Program-made: the position numbers and the translations under genes | The notes under the pieces: model-generated | Databases searched by the model: none | Told to the model about the DNA's origin: nothing | Seen by the model: only the letters and a program-made list of their open reading frames with translations | Assembly (NCBI GenBank): GCA_029856045.1 | Contig: JAHQWG010000003.1 | Location: 1-64,000, forward strand | DNA from: Promethearchaeia archaeon | GTDB lineage: Archaea > Asgardarchaeota > Lokiarchaeia > Sigyniarchaeales > SOKP01 | Direction of reading: 5' to 3' | Length of the DNA stretch: 64,000 nt | Part shown: positions 1 through 10,289 of the stretch, piece after piece | Layout of the letters: every line of letters starts with the position of its first letter | How positions within the stretch are numbered: the first letter of the stretch is position 1

Positions 1-143
1 CCTTTGCGACGTATAGCTCCAGCAACACCACCACCAAGTATTAATTGAGAATTAGCTGCATTTACTATTGCATCAGTATTACATTCTGTAATATCGCCTT
101 GTTTTAATTCAATAACCGAATTTTTTATCTTTAAACTGTCCAT
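1..143 (-). CDS. Macro domain protein (ADP-ribose binding/deacylase), N-terminal part, runs off the window edge
   Basis: Manual translation from ATG at 143: [47 protein letters not shown], with the macrodomain GDIT, VNAAN and GGGVAGAI motifs; not in the ORF track. Confidence 0.9.
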   Translation of the reverse strand, partial: MDSLKIKNSVIELKQGDITECNTDAIVNAANSQLILGGGVAGAIRRK

Positions 144-229
144 ATCTTTATTTTCTCTAAAAAATTTTAAGGTTATATTGATTACCAGCTAATATTCAAT
201 TAGGTTTTGAATACTTTTTGTGAAAATGG

Positions 230-961
230 TTATTTTTCAGAAACATCCCGAGGTTTGCTAAATATTTCACTAATTTTCTTTTTATCTTCTTCGCTCATAC
301 TTTCCATTGCTTCTTTATTTTGTTTGATTAATTCCATCATTACATCTTTTTGTATGATTTGATGCAATACGGCAATATTAATCCTTATCCTTGTAAGTTC
401 AGTAAACATCAGTTTGGCAGTTTCTCTCATTTTTTCTAATTCTTCTTTAGTCATACCCTCTTGACCTACTCCGGGGCAATCCACATCGACATTAGAATAG
501 TTTTTTCCGTCAAATTCCAATGGATAAGTCCTGCAACTGAGAGGTCTATTCTCATAAATTAAACATTCTTTTTTCTCTAGATTATATAAAGGACATTTCT
601 CTTCCAGTAATTCTTCAATTGGAGTAGATGAGAACGGATCTGATGGAGTCACTTTTTGATCTGCATCATCTTTTGGGATTGGGATTGGTTTTAGTATAAG
701 ATCCAAATTTCCAGTGGGATTTTTATACAATTCTAAATATGGCATAAAATTCATCAAAACACCATTTCTTGCCCACATTTCTAAATCCCAAAATGTTAGT
801 GGGATAGGACCCCTAGCAGCGCAACACTTATTACATCTTGTGCAATTAAACGTAAATTTCGCTTTCTTCTTTTCTTCCTTTTTCACTTCAGTATCTTTAC
901 TTTCATTTAAATTTACTTCTTCATTTTCTTCTTTTTTTTCATTATTTGAACCTTCAGACAT
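230..961 (-). CDS. YkgJ-family cysteine-cluster (CxxCxxCC) protein
   Basis: FNCTRCNKCC ... CPLY ... CLIYENRPLSCRTYP ... CPG. Confidence 0.85.
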   Translation of the reverse strand: MSEGSNNEKKEENEEVNLNESKDTEVKKEEKKKAKFTFNCTRCNKCCAARGPIPLTFWDLEMWARNGVLMNFMPYLELYKNPTGNLDLILKPIPIPKDDADQKVTPSDPFSSTPIEELLEEKCPLYNLEKKECLIYENRPLSCRTYPLEFDGKNYSNVDVDCPGVGQEGMTKEELEKMRETAKLMFTELTRIRINIAVLHQIIQKDVMMELIKQNKEAMESMSEEDKKKISEIFSKPRDVSEK

Positions 962-1092
962 ATTAAAAAACTCCTCAATTGTTATAAATTAGTTAAACAT
1001 AACATCAAAAAAAAATTTTTACCTTTAGATTTATTTTTAAAAATAAATACTATGTTAATTTCTATAAAGTAATACTATTTGAAGTTAGTAAA

Positions 1093-2181
1093 ATGAGTTT
1101 TGAAGAAGATTTTAAAATTATAAAAAATCTTACTGAGATCCAAGGATGCTCAGGAAATGAAGGAAAAATAAGAGAATATATTAAAAAAATAATAACACCC
1201 TATTGTTCGAAAGTAGAGATCGATTCTATTGGTAATTTATTTGGTTTTATTAATGGAGAAAAAATAGGAGACACTAAAGCAAAATTAAATATTTTATTAG
1301 ATGCACACGCGGATGAGATTGGGTTTATGGTAAGATACATTGATAAAAAAGGTTTTATCAGATTTTCCCAAGTAGGTGGTCAAAATCCACGAATTCTTCC
1401 TGGACAAATAGTTACTGTTCATTCGAGTTCGGGACAAGATATTATTGGAATTATTGGAGAAAAACCGTTACATCTTCTTAAACAAGAAGAAAGAAAAAAA
1501 ACAAGTAAGATAGAAGACCTATTTATTGATATCGGCACTAAAGATGAACAGGAATGTAAAGAATTGGTTTCTGTAGGGGATTACATTACATTCAAGCAAG
1601 AGTGTTCAAGATTGATAAAAAATCAGAGAATCTTTGCAAAATCATTTGATGACCGAGCAGGCTGCTTTGTCCTTATGAAATTAATTATGGAAATTTCTCA
1701 GATTTCCGATAAATTACCTCATAATTTAATATTTTTATTTTCCAGCCAGGAAGAAATTGGAACAAGAGGGGCAACTGTTGGATCATATAATATTTCTCCT
1801 GATATAGGATTGGCGGTTGAGGTAAATCACGCAATTGATTTTCCCGGAATTGATAAGGAAAAATATTTTGAATGTTCATTAGGATCTGGAGTAGCAATAA
1901 GAGTAGGGCCAAATATGCATTCAAAATTAAGTAAAACGTTAATTGATCTAGCTAAAAAAGAAAATATTCCCTTTACTTTAAGAGCAGAGCCAGGTATAAC
2001 CCCTACAAATGCACGAGTAATTCAAATGACTAAATCTGGTGTTCCATGTGCGCTAGTTGGAGTCCCACTAAGATATATGCATACAAATGTAGAAACGATT
2101 CAATATTCAGATATAATTCATACAGTGAATTTATTGAAATCTTTTCTATTAAGTGATCTAACAGGGGTATTAATCTTGTAA
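1093..2181 (+). CDS. M42-family (TET-like) aminopeptidase
   Basis: DAHADEIG, FDDRAG, QEEIGTRGA, RYMHTNVE. Confidence 0.92.
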   Translation: MSFEEDFKIIKNLTEIQGCSGNEGKIREYIKKIITPYCSKVEIDSIGNLFGFINGEKIGDTKAKLNILLDAHADEIGFMVRYIDKKGFIRFSQVGGQNPRILPGQIVTVHSSSGQDIIGIIGEKPLHLLKQEERKKTSKIEDLFIDIGTKDEQECKELVSVGDYITFKQECSRLIKNQRIFAKSFDDRAGCFVLMKLIMEISQISDKLPHNLIFLFSSQEEIGTRGATVGSYNISPDIGLAVEVNHAIDFPGIDKEKYFECSLGSGVAIRVGPNMHSKLSKTLIDLAKKENIPFTLRAEPGITPTNARVIQMTKSGVPCALVGVPLRYMHTNVETIQYSDIIHTVNLLKSFLLSDLTGVLIL

Positions 2182-2223
2182 TTAGGATAACAATTCATAA
2201 ATTTTTAGAAACTAAAAATAAAA

Positions 2224-3735
2224 TTATTCCTTTAAAATTCTTGAGATTTCTTGATTAGCTCTTTTAAAAGTTTCTTTTGATATAATTTGGTGCTCATATA
2301 AAGTATTAAACAACTCCTTATCAATAACCTCTTTTCTACCATCATTGAATTCAACAACATCGACTTCTAAATCTAAATAATGAATTTCCGTAGGTCGAAT
2401 TTCAATAGGTGTATTAATATTATAATATGCACCCTTAAAGGAATCATGACGATCAAAATACTCATTCTTATAACTCCATTCTCCTTCAATGAAATGAACT
2501 AAAGCATAATCTCCTCTTTCAATTGGAATATTTAAACCATCATAATGTCCTTCCGATTTAAATCCCCTTTTTACCTTGAGTTCGAATGGAGTTTTCTCAC
2601 TTTTTTCAATTATTTTCCCTGGCGATAAAGATTCAACCTTAAGTAAAATTTTTTGATGATTTATTGGAATATATGTGTCTTTTTGAAAATATTTCTTATA
2701 AATAAATTCAATAAATGAAGAATTTATTCTTTGTTCTTCTTCAGGAAATTTTTCTAATAAATATTCATTGAAATCAATAATCATTTCAAATTTTTGAGAT
2801 GGGGGGTTAAAGCCAGATTTAAATGAATGATGAAATTGAATAGTTTTACATGTATTTCGCCTAATTTCATCCATTTTTAGTTTTATATTTCCAGAAAATA
2901 AATAATGACATGAAATTGTATCTCGATATACAAGTCCAATATCTTGCTTTTGCTTCATTTTTAAATCTATTGATTTCTTTAATTCTAATATTTCATCAAA
3001 TTCATCTCGAAGGTCTTCCTCATTAGCCTGCATAGCAGCAGTCCGAAAAATGATATCAATTCCTGTTAATTCAAATGATTTTCCTAAATTAAACAATTTT
3101 GATTTAAGATTTGATGATTGGATCTTTTTGCTAAATAAGATTCTTGAATTACCTTTTAATAATAATACAAGATAATTTCCGCTTAATGAGTTAAACGGCA
3201 TTAAAATAGCAGGATTTCTTCCAGAATCTTCCTGAATTATTTGAAAAAAACCTTCGAAATTTTTTTCGTAATAGGAATAAATAATTCCATAATCTGGTTT
3301 ATAATCAGTTGTTGAGAGATGTTGATTATCTTTACCGTAATCATTTTCTGTTATTAAATCTACAATTGAATAACCCCGATTTTCATACGTTCTTATAACC
3401 TTTCCTTTATATATTGAATTACGTGAATATTTTGAAATGAGAGTAACCAAATTTGGAAAATCTTTTTGATTTAAAGGTAATTGTGAGATCAATTCTATAG
3501 GATTTTCAATGTGTTTTTTAAATAAAAAAATATAAACAATAATCCCTTGATTATCATTGCGATTTTGAATAGATATTTCCTTTATTTTATTTTCTTTATC
3601 AGATAATAAATTAAATCTTTTTTGAATTAGAGGAGATGGATAGATTATATTGTATCCAGCCTTTAAAAAGAGGTCGGTTAAAGCAGTTGAATATATACCA
3701 CGTATAAATACATTTTTCATTTTAATATATCTCAA
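2224..3735 (-). CDS. FAU-1-like ribonuclease / RNA-binding protein with C-terminal DUF402 (likely start ATG 3720)
   Basis: N-terminal IRGIYSTALT; C-terminal GAYYNINTPIE and YLDLEVDVV. Confidence 0.8.
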   Translation of the reverse strand: MRYIKMKNVFIRGIYSTALTDLFLKAGYNIIYPSPLIQKRFNLLSDKENKIKEISIQNRNDNQGIIVYIFLFKKHIENPIELISQLPLNQKDFPNLVTLISKYSRNSIYKGKVIRTYENRGYSIVDLITENDYGKDNQHLSTTDYKPDYGIIYSYYEKNFEGFFQIIQEDSGRNPAILMPFNSLSGNYLVLLLKGNSRILFSKKIQSSNLKSKLFNLGKSFELTGIDIIFRTAAMQANEEDLRDEFDEILELKKSIDLKMKQKQDIGLVYRDTISCHYLFSGNIKLKMDEIRRNTCKTIQFHHSFKSGFNPPSQKFEMIIDFNEYLLEKFPEEEQRINSSFIEFIYKKYFQKDTYIPINHQKILLKVESLSPGKIIEKSEKTPFELKVKRGFKSEGHYDGLNIPIERGDYALVHFIEGEWSYKNEYFDRHDSFKGAYYNINTPIEIRPTEIHYLDLEVDVVEFNDGRKEVIDKELFNTLYEHQIISKETFKRANQEISRILKE

Positions 3736-3867
3736 AAAGAAAAAATACTATAATTTATTTACTAAATTGATTTAAAAAATTTTATCATTAAAAATAAATA
3801 AGTTAAAAAATTTTTAATTAGAAAAATCAATCTTAAATAAATTAAATAAAAACAGAATTATCCATTC

Positions 3868-4530
3868 ATGAAGCCACCAGAAATTGAATTTGAAGGTAAA
3901 AAATATATTTTTTCTTTAAAATCTTTAATTATTTTTGCAGTAGGAATTCCATTAATTTCATTTTTAATTTATTTCAGCCATGACTGGGTTTGGCTTCATG
4001 ATGTAGTAATCCACCAAACAGTCTTCGTCATGAACCTTTTGACAGGGATGGGGGCTGAAGCCGTTTATAACCCTTATGGACCTCACTATTGGTATTTTGA
4101 TATCCCCGGAAAGCCTAATATTGGCTTCGAAACGTTCTGCACCGGAATTCAAGCAATCGCTATATTTGCAGGAATTATTATCACTATTCCACACTCAAAA
4201 GATCCAATCACAAGTAAAAATATTTGGTGGAGAAAACTTAAAGCTCTAATTATCTCTTCTTTAATATTTTATATTGTAAATATTATTAGGATGGTTATAC
4301 AACTCTATTTATATTATATTGGATATGCTTGGGATGATATACATTATTCAATTTCTGCTGCCAGTTCGTTTATTGCAGCGATTATAATCCTATTACTTCA
4401 TAAGTGGATTCCAGAATTTATCATATCAATTATTTATGCGGGAATATTAATTAAAAGAAGAATTAAAGGTTCCAAAGAGGTTGAATTAAATACTTTATCA
4501 AATGAACAAAATAAAATTGAAAAGATTTAA
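3868..4530 (+). CDS. Archaeosortase/exosortase-family transpeptidase
   Basis: Multi-pass membrane protein with Cys (FETFCTG), Arg (NIIR) and His (DIHY) in exosortase order. Confidence 0.75.
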   Translation: MKPPEIEFEGKKYIFSLKSLIIFAVGIPLISFLIYFSHDWVWLHDVVIHQTVFVMNLLTGMGAEAVYNPYGPHYWYFDIPGKPNIGFETFCTGIQAIAIFAGIIITIPHSKDPITSKNIWWRKLKALIISSLIFYIVNIIRMVIQLYLYYIGYAWDDIHYSISAASSFIAAIIILLLHKWIPEFIISIIYAGILIKRRIKGSKEVELNTLSNEQNKIEKI

Positions 4531-4548
4531 ACTCTGTGAATTGCTAAT

Positions 4549-5457
4549 ATGATAGAATTTGAAAAAGAACAAAAAGTATTAACGATTGGAAATATTAAAA
4601 TTGGTGGTCAACCGGGAGAAAATCCAAATGTATGTATCGGTTCTGTTTTTTATGCAGGACACTCTGCTCTTCTTGATGAAAAAACCGGAAAAATTGATAA
4701 AAAATTAGTTGAACAAGAACTTAATGAATTTGTTGATGTTTGTGAAAAAAATTCAATTCCATTTATCATAGATGTTGTTGGTTCTTATGAGGATCCGTTA
4801 TATAAAGAATGTATGTATATAGCGGATTTGGTGGATTGTCCATTTTTAGTGGATGGATTAAATGATTCATCAAGAATTCCAGTTATGGAGAAATTGGCTG
4901 AGAATGGACTGTTAGATCGGGCGATTTTGAACAGTATAGATGAAAGTACTAAAGATGAATCCCTTGAAAAATTTAAAGAGATTGGAGTAAAAAATGCAGT
5001 TATTCTAACATTTGGGAGTCGTTATGTTTTTCCAAAGCAGAAATTAAAATTTTTAAGAGAAACTTTATTACCAAAAGCAAATAAAGCGGGTATAGATAAT
5101 TGTATTATTGATACTGGAGTATTAGATTTGCCTTCAATCTCCATAAATGCAAATACTTCATTTATGATAAAAAATGAACTCGGATTGCCCACTGGATGCG
5201 CTCCAGCAAATGCTATTTATGCATGGAAATCAATTAAACAATTCGGGAACGAAGCAAGGATAAGCGCAATTACATCCGCTTCTATATATTGTATAGTTTC
5301 AGGAAGTGATTTTATTTTATTTGGACCAATTAAATTTGGAAAATACATAGTTCCATCAATTGCTTTAATAGTATCAATGAATTCTTATTATAGAAAAAGA
5401 GTTTTACGAAAAGAGATAGCAGAAAATAATCCATTATATAAAATCTTTAGAGAGTAA
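4549..5457 (+). CDS. mtrH: MtrH/MtxH-family pterin-dependent methyltransferase
   Basis: FEKEQKV..IGNIKIGGQPGENP..GSVFYAGH, LPTGCAPAN, GSDFILFGP. Confidence 0.8.
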   Translation: MIEFEKEQKVLTIGNIKIGGQPGENPNVCIGSVFYAGHSALLDEKTGKIDKKLVEQELNEFVDVCEKNSIPFIIDVVGSYEDPLYKECMYIADLVDCPFLVDGLNDSSRIPVMEKLAENGLLDRAILNSIDESTKDESLEKFKEIGVKNAVILTFGSRYVFPKQKLKFLRETLLPKANKAGIDNCIIDTGVLDLPSISINANTSFMIKNELGLPTGCAPANAIYAWKSIKQFGNEARISAITSASIYCIVSGSDFILFGPIKFGKYIVPSIALIVSMNSYYRKRVLRKEIAENNPLYKIFRE

Positions 5458-5510
5458 AATAATTATTTTCTAAAACTAATGTTGAAATAGGCCAAAATTA
5501 ATTACTATTT

Positions 5511-6029
5511 TTATTTTATTTGCTCAATTTTTTGCTTGAAATCAAGATAATCAAAAACTTCCCCACTTTCAAGAATCAACGGAGGATCAAACACGGGGTC
5601 TATTCGTCGAAATTTTTTAAGAGATAATATGTTTTTATCATGGGTCGCTATGGTTTGAATTTCCATTCGCTCCATTGTTGCTATTATTAAAGCATCACGC
5701 CCTCCGATTCCTATTGTTCTATATTTCTTTAATATATCTATTACTTCAATAATTAAATTTTGATCAATATCAATTAATTGGCAATTTTCTAATAATATTA
5801 ATGATAGAAGTATTTCTTCTACTTGTGTTTTATTTAATTCTTTATTTTTTTCATGAATACTAAAAAGATTATGAGCAATCTCGATGGGGATAATAGAACT
5901 AAGAATAATAACTTCTTTTAATAAGATTTTATCTAACCATTTGAGCACATTACTATGTTCTCTGGCTGTTGTATCATAGTAATAAATCCAAATTTGGGAA
6001 TCAATCGACAACAATTTAATTCTAATCAA
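5511..6029 (-). CDS. vapC: PIN-domain (VapC-like) toxin
   Basis: Acidic PIN residues in IDS, IEIAH, RDALIIAT and THD; overlaps the AbrB gene. Confidence 0.8.
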   Translation of the reverse strand: MIRIKLLSIDSQIWIYYYDTTAREHSNVLKWLDKILLKEVIILSSIIPIEIAHNLFSIHEKNKELNKTQVEEILLSLILLENCQLIDIDQNLIIEVIDILKKYRTIGIGGRDALIIATMERMEIQTIATHDKNILSLKKFRRIDPVFDPPLILESGEVFDYLDFKQKIEQIK

Positions 6030-6255
6030 AAATCTTTTTTACAGGAATGGGTTCATCTGTTACTTCTTGTAAATGCTTTCTAAATATTTTAGACCTTTCT
6101 ATAAATTCCTCTGGTTTTGTAGCCTTTATCATAATTATTGTTCCCTCTTTTACTTGAAATAACAATTTCTCACCAGCTCTAAGGTTAAGTTTTTTTCTTA
6201 ATTCCACAGGAATACATACTCTCCCCTTTTTATCAATAATTGATTCTGAATTCAT
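6022..6255 (-). CDS. AbrB/MazE/SpoVT-type antitoxin
   Basis: IDKKGRVCIPVELRKKLNLRAGEKL; immediately upstream of the PIN gene. Confidence 0.88.
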   Translation of the reverse strand: MNSESIIDKKGRVCIPVELRKKLNLRAGEKLLFQVKEGTIIMIKATKPEEFIERSKIFRKHLQEVTDEPIPVKKIFD

Positions 6256-6339
6256 AATAAACCACTAAGTGTACCTAAGTGGGATTTATTAATAAATTTA
6301 TTTAAAATAAAAAAAAGATAATTATGATTCTAAAAAGAT

Positions 6340-7851
6340 TCAGGAAATATATCGAATAATTAAATCTTGAGTTTTTTCTAAAAGTAAAGGTAAGAACTCA
6401 TCAATTTTTTCATTTTTTTCTTCATTATTCACGAAAAAAAGAAAGAACATTGGATTATTTTCAATTATTGTCTTTTTTATTATTATTATATCATCAGGAC
6501 TTATTTTATAAATTGCTTCATTTATATCAGTTTCTCTGAATTTTTCCAAAATTTTATACAAATTGGCTATTTGAGGCGCCAGAATTTCAAAAAAACTCTT
6601 AACAGAGGCTTTTAAAGGTTGTGATTCAGAGAAGATATATTTTATTTCGCCAAGTAATGAAGGACTATAAAAATCAGCAAGTACTAGCCCTTGTTCATTC
6701 ATCAACATAGAAATCTCAATTCCAATGTCTTCTGAAAACCTACTTAAATTAAAGTTAATTAATTCTCTGTTTGGAGACAATAATGATAATCCATGAGAAT
6801 ACGAAGCCAGTATCGTATATACTGAAAAAATACTTGTTAAGAAATATTCAATATTTAATTGCTTTTCTTGATTTATCTCTTCAATTTTTTTGACAATTTG
6901 ATAAACTAAATTTTTTATTTCAGTTGTTTCTTTTATATCTGGATCAACTTTGGAAATTATGATTAACACAGGAATTTCTTGTACATATGTTTTGACATTT
7001 TCGAGAATTTGGTTAAAATAATGAAGACTTTCACCAATTCTTTTGGGATCTCTGACATCTATGAAGTAATAAATTAAATCCGCATCATACAAATAGATTG
7101 GAGCCTTTTTAAGAAATTTATCTCTTGATTTTTCTTGGCCAGATAAGTCCCACGTGAAAACATGGCTGCCGAATGTTTCAAGATGTTTAATTTCTGCTCC
7201 TAATGTAGGTTTTAAACCTAATAATTTGGAATATTTTCGATCAATAGTTAACAAAAAGGATGTTTTTCCAGAATTATCTAGTCCAGCAAGAACGATTTTT
7301 AACTTTCTTGAAGATGTTAGAGGTAAAGTGGGGTTTTCCTCAATTTCAAGCAAATTATTGGTTAATTTTGAAAATGTTGGTTCTAATATATTGTTTTCTA
7401 CATAACCATTATTAATTTTTTCGTCAATTTCGGTTTCAATTTCCAAAATAAATGGTTTTAACCTCTCAATATTATTATAAATAAAACTCCTTTTATTTTC
7501 ATCAATTAATATTGATAAGGTTGAGGCAATTGGTCTCTCTGAAAAGGTAGTTTTAATAAAATGAAAAAACACTAAACTGGAAACTCCAAAATCAGGAAAG
7601 GGTATAATTCCGAAATAATTATAATCGGAAATTTCATTATCAGTAAATAATAAAGAAAGACTTTTAATCGAAATTTGATAAATATCTCTTAAACTCTGCC
7701 TAAACGCCCCATCCACATTTTGGTTAGTATTACATTCATCTAAATTGGACAAGATTGATTCAGGGAAAATATATTTAGGTTCAGGACCACGGTCACCATA
7801 AATAGAAAATATAACTCCTTTTATACAACTTTCTTTGGGTATCTCTCTCAT
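6340..7851 (-). CDS. Rag/Arf-like small GTPase with N-terminal uDENN/longin-like domain and C-terminal roadblock-like domain
   Basis: G1 GLDNSGKTS, G2 PT, G3 WDLSGQ, G4 SKVD, G5 TSIF; paralogous over full length to 14902..16332. Confidence 0.85.
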   Translation of the reverse strand: MREIPKESCIKGVIFSIYGDRGPEPKYIFPESILSNLDECNTNQNVDGAFRQSLRDIYQISIKSLSLLFTDNEISDYNYFGIIPFPDFGVSSLVFFHFIKTTFSERPIASTLSILIDENKRSFIYNNIERLKPFILEIETEIDEKINNGYVENNILEPTFSKLTNNLLEIEENPTLPLTSSRKLKIVLAGLDNSGKTSFLLTIDRKYSKLLGLKPTLGAEIKHLETFGSHVFTWDLSGQEKSRDKFLKKAPIYLYDADLIYYFIDVRDPKRIGESLHYFNQILENVKTYVQEIPVLIIISKVDPDIKETTEIKNLVYQIVKKIEEINQEKQLNIEYFLTSIFSVYTILASYSHGLSLLSPNRELINFNLSRFSEDIGIEISMLMNEQGLVLADFYSPSLLGEIKYIFSESQPLKASVKSFFEILAPQIANLYKILEKFRETDINEAIYKISPDDIIIIKKTIIENNPMFFLFFVNNEEKNEKIDEFLPLLLEKTQDLIIRYIS

Positions 7852-7936
7852 TAGTTAATATTATACAAACAATGGCTAAAAAAAATTTGTTTTCTAATAA
7901 GCATAAAAATATTGAATAATTATATCAAACATAGGT

Positions 7937-8893
7937 ATGATTGAGAAATTAGCTGAAAATATAAGAAACAATGTTGAAATAATCCAAAAACAATCATTAG
8001 ATCCTATTATAGATTTTGTTAGGACTAAATCATATAAAAGTGAAAGGATTTACAGCGATTACGGTGAAGACAGTGCTTCTATTAAAGAAAATGAGAAGTT
8101 ATTATTATTCACAACTGATGGACTTCGTTCCGAATTTGTTGAAAATTTTCCATATGGAGCAGGATTTAGTGCAATAATGGTAAGCGTTGACGATATTTAT
8201 GCATGCGGAGGAATTCCTCTAGCAGCAAGTTTAGTGGTCAATTATAATAAAGAAAAAATTGGTAACGAAATATTTAGAGGAGCTTGCGAAAGTTCCAGGA
8301 AATTTAAAGTTCCAATTATTAGGGGACATACAAATCAAAACTCAGCGATTTGTTGTCTAGCTATTAGCATGGTTGGAGAAATAAAAAAGGAAGATTATAT
8401 TTCCGCAGGAAATGCTCAAATTGATGATGATATAATATTAATTGTAGACTTTGATGGAAAACCTGGGAATGCTAGCAAATATTATTGGGATACGGCTACG
8501 TTTAAAACTTCTGAACAAATATTGTATTCAAGAAAAAGTATGAATGAAATTGCTACTAAGCATTTATTAAATTCTTCTAAAGATATCTCAAACGCTGGAA
8601 TTTTTGGTACATTGTATCAATTACTAACATATTCTAAAGTAGGTGCTAAAATCGACATAGATTTAATTATTCTTCCAGAGCTTCTGAGAGATTTAAATTA
8701 TTCTATTTTTGATTATTCTAAAATGTATTTAACTACTTCTTTTATAACTACATGCAAGGAGATAAATACAGAAGAGGTAATTAATTTGTTTAAACGATAT
8801 AATCTAGAAGCACATAAAATTGGTAAAGTAATTAAAAAACCTATTGTAAAAATATATAATAATAAGGATGAAACTATTTTATTTGATCTATAG
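7937..8893 (+). CDS. AIR-synthase (PurM/ThiL)-related protein, methanogenesis-marker-2-like
   Basis: GEDSA, VDDIYACGGIP, RGHT, KDISNAGIFGT. Confidence 0.8.
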   Translation: MIEKLAENIRNNVEIIQKQSLDPIIDFVRTKSYKSERIYSDYGEDSASIKENEKLLLFTTDGLRSEFVENFPYGAGFSAIMVSVDDIYACGGIPLAASLVVNYNKEKIGNEIFRGACESSRKFKVPIIRGHTNQNSAICCLAISMVGEIKKEDYISAGNAQIDDDIILIVDFDGKPGNASKYYWDTATFKTSEQILYSRKSMNEIATKHLLNSSKDISNAGIFGTLYQLLTYSKVGAKIDIDLIILPELLRDLNYSIFDYSKMYLTTSFITTCKEINTEEVINLFKRYNLEAHKIGKVIKKPIVKIYNNKDETILFDL

Positions 8894-8907
8894 GTATAAA
8901 GTTATTT

Positions 8908-9672
8908 GTGAAAATTCGTATGAAATTTAATATCTCAAAAAGAGATTTATCAATATTTATTATTCTACTTTTCTCATTTAATTTAATAAATCTATTATTT
9001 CTCAATTTTGATAATACTAATTCATTTGAAATTAATTATGAAAATCAGAAAATACCGAAAATTTCTCAATCTGAAGCGAGTGAAAATCTAAGTGTGGAAA
9101 TTAAAAGTTATAGTCAATTAATTTGGTTTAGTGGCAATGTTGTAATAGAAACATCCAGTAATATTTCAGGATATTTAAAAATTGGTTTATCAGACGGTTT
9201 AGGAGGAAGTTATTTTCAGAATTTACAGCAAATAATTCCAATTTCCAATACTTCAGAAAATGAGATTTCTGAAATTCCAATAATCCCTCAAATGTATCTG
9301 TTTCCCGGAGTGTATAATTTATCATTTATTATTAATTATATTCCATTAATAAATTCAACTGATGAAACTACTATATTATCTAGCCAATTGCAGATTAATG
9401 TTGGATTAGGGCTTCCAATGCTGATAGTGCTGATTATTATATTTGGAATATCATTTACATTAATTCTTACCAAAAAAGAAACCATAAAAGAAGAGATTTT
9501 AGCCTATGAGCCAGAAAAACAAATTGAAGATGCTTTGGATGCACCTCAAGGTAAGATTAAATGTCCAGAATGCAAAAAAGTCATCGATGAAGGACTTATA
9601 TTTTGTCCGGAATGCGGAAAACGGATTCCTGAATTCCTTAGATATCGTCCGGAAACTACTGTTCCTAGTTAG
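8908..9672 (+). CDS. Membrane protein with C-terminal zinc ribbon
   Basis: N-terminal hydrophobic segment, second TM near aa 165-187, CPEC...FCPECG. Confidence 0.7.
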   Translation: MKIRMKFNISKRDLSIFIILLFSFNLINLLFLNFDNTNSFEINYENQKIPKISQSEASENLSVEIKSYSQLIWFSGNVVIETSSNISGYLKIGLSDGLGGSYFQNLQQIIPISNTSENEISEIPIIPQMYLFPGVYNLSFIINYIPLINSTDETTILSSQLQINVGLGLPMLIVLIIIFGISFTLILTKKETIKEEILAYEPEKQIEDALDAPQGKIKCPECKKVIDEGLIFCPECGKRIPEFLRYRPETTVPS

Positions 9673-9745
9673 CTGTCTATACAAATTGAATTAATAATAT
9701 TTTTTTTAATTTAAAATTTTAAAGAATTTGTGACGTGAATCAAAA

Positions 9746-10261
9746 ATGAATTTTAATTATAAAGGAATAATCTCAGTAATAGGTTCTAGCGAAATAGATT
9801 CTGAAACCGCTGAAAAGGCTCGAAAAATTGGAAAATTAATAGCTAAGAATAATTATATTCTAGCATGTGGTGGAATGGGAGGAGTAATGGAAGCTGCATG
9901 TAAGGGGTGTAAAGAAGAAAATGGTTTAACTATCGGAATTTTGCCGACAGGAAATAAAAATAACGCCAATCCATATGTAGATATTAAAGTTCCAACAGCG
10001 CTTGGGCATGCGAGAAATACAATAGTTGCTTTAACAGGTGATGGAATTATAGCTGTAGCTGGAAATGCTGGTACTTTAAGTGAAATCTGTTTTGCATGGG
10101 TATATAATAAACCAATTTGTGTATTGACTAGTGTAAAGGGATGGTCATCTAAAATGGCAAATCAAAAATTAGATTATAGAAGAAAAGAAAAAATTCATGG
10201 AGCTAATACACCAGAAGAGGCAGTAAAAAAGATTATTGAACTAATTGAAACTAATGAATGA
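9746..10261 (+). CDS. LOG/TIGR00725-type Rossmann-fold protein
   Basis: CGGMGGVMEAACKG, GILP, ARN, GTLSEI. Confidence 0.88.
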   Translation: MNFNYKGIISVIGSSEIDSETAEKARKIGKLIAKNNYILACGGMGGVMEAACKGCKEENGLTIGILPTGNKNNANPYVDIKVPTALGHARNTIVALTGDGIIAVAGNAGTLSEICFAWVYNKPICVLTSVKGWSSKMANQKLDYRRKEKIHGANTPEEAVKKIIELIETNE

Positions 10262-10289
10262 AATATTTCAAAAATAAATTTGTAAAGTC

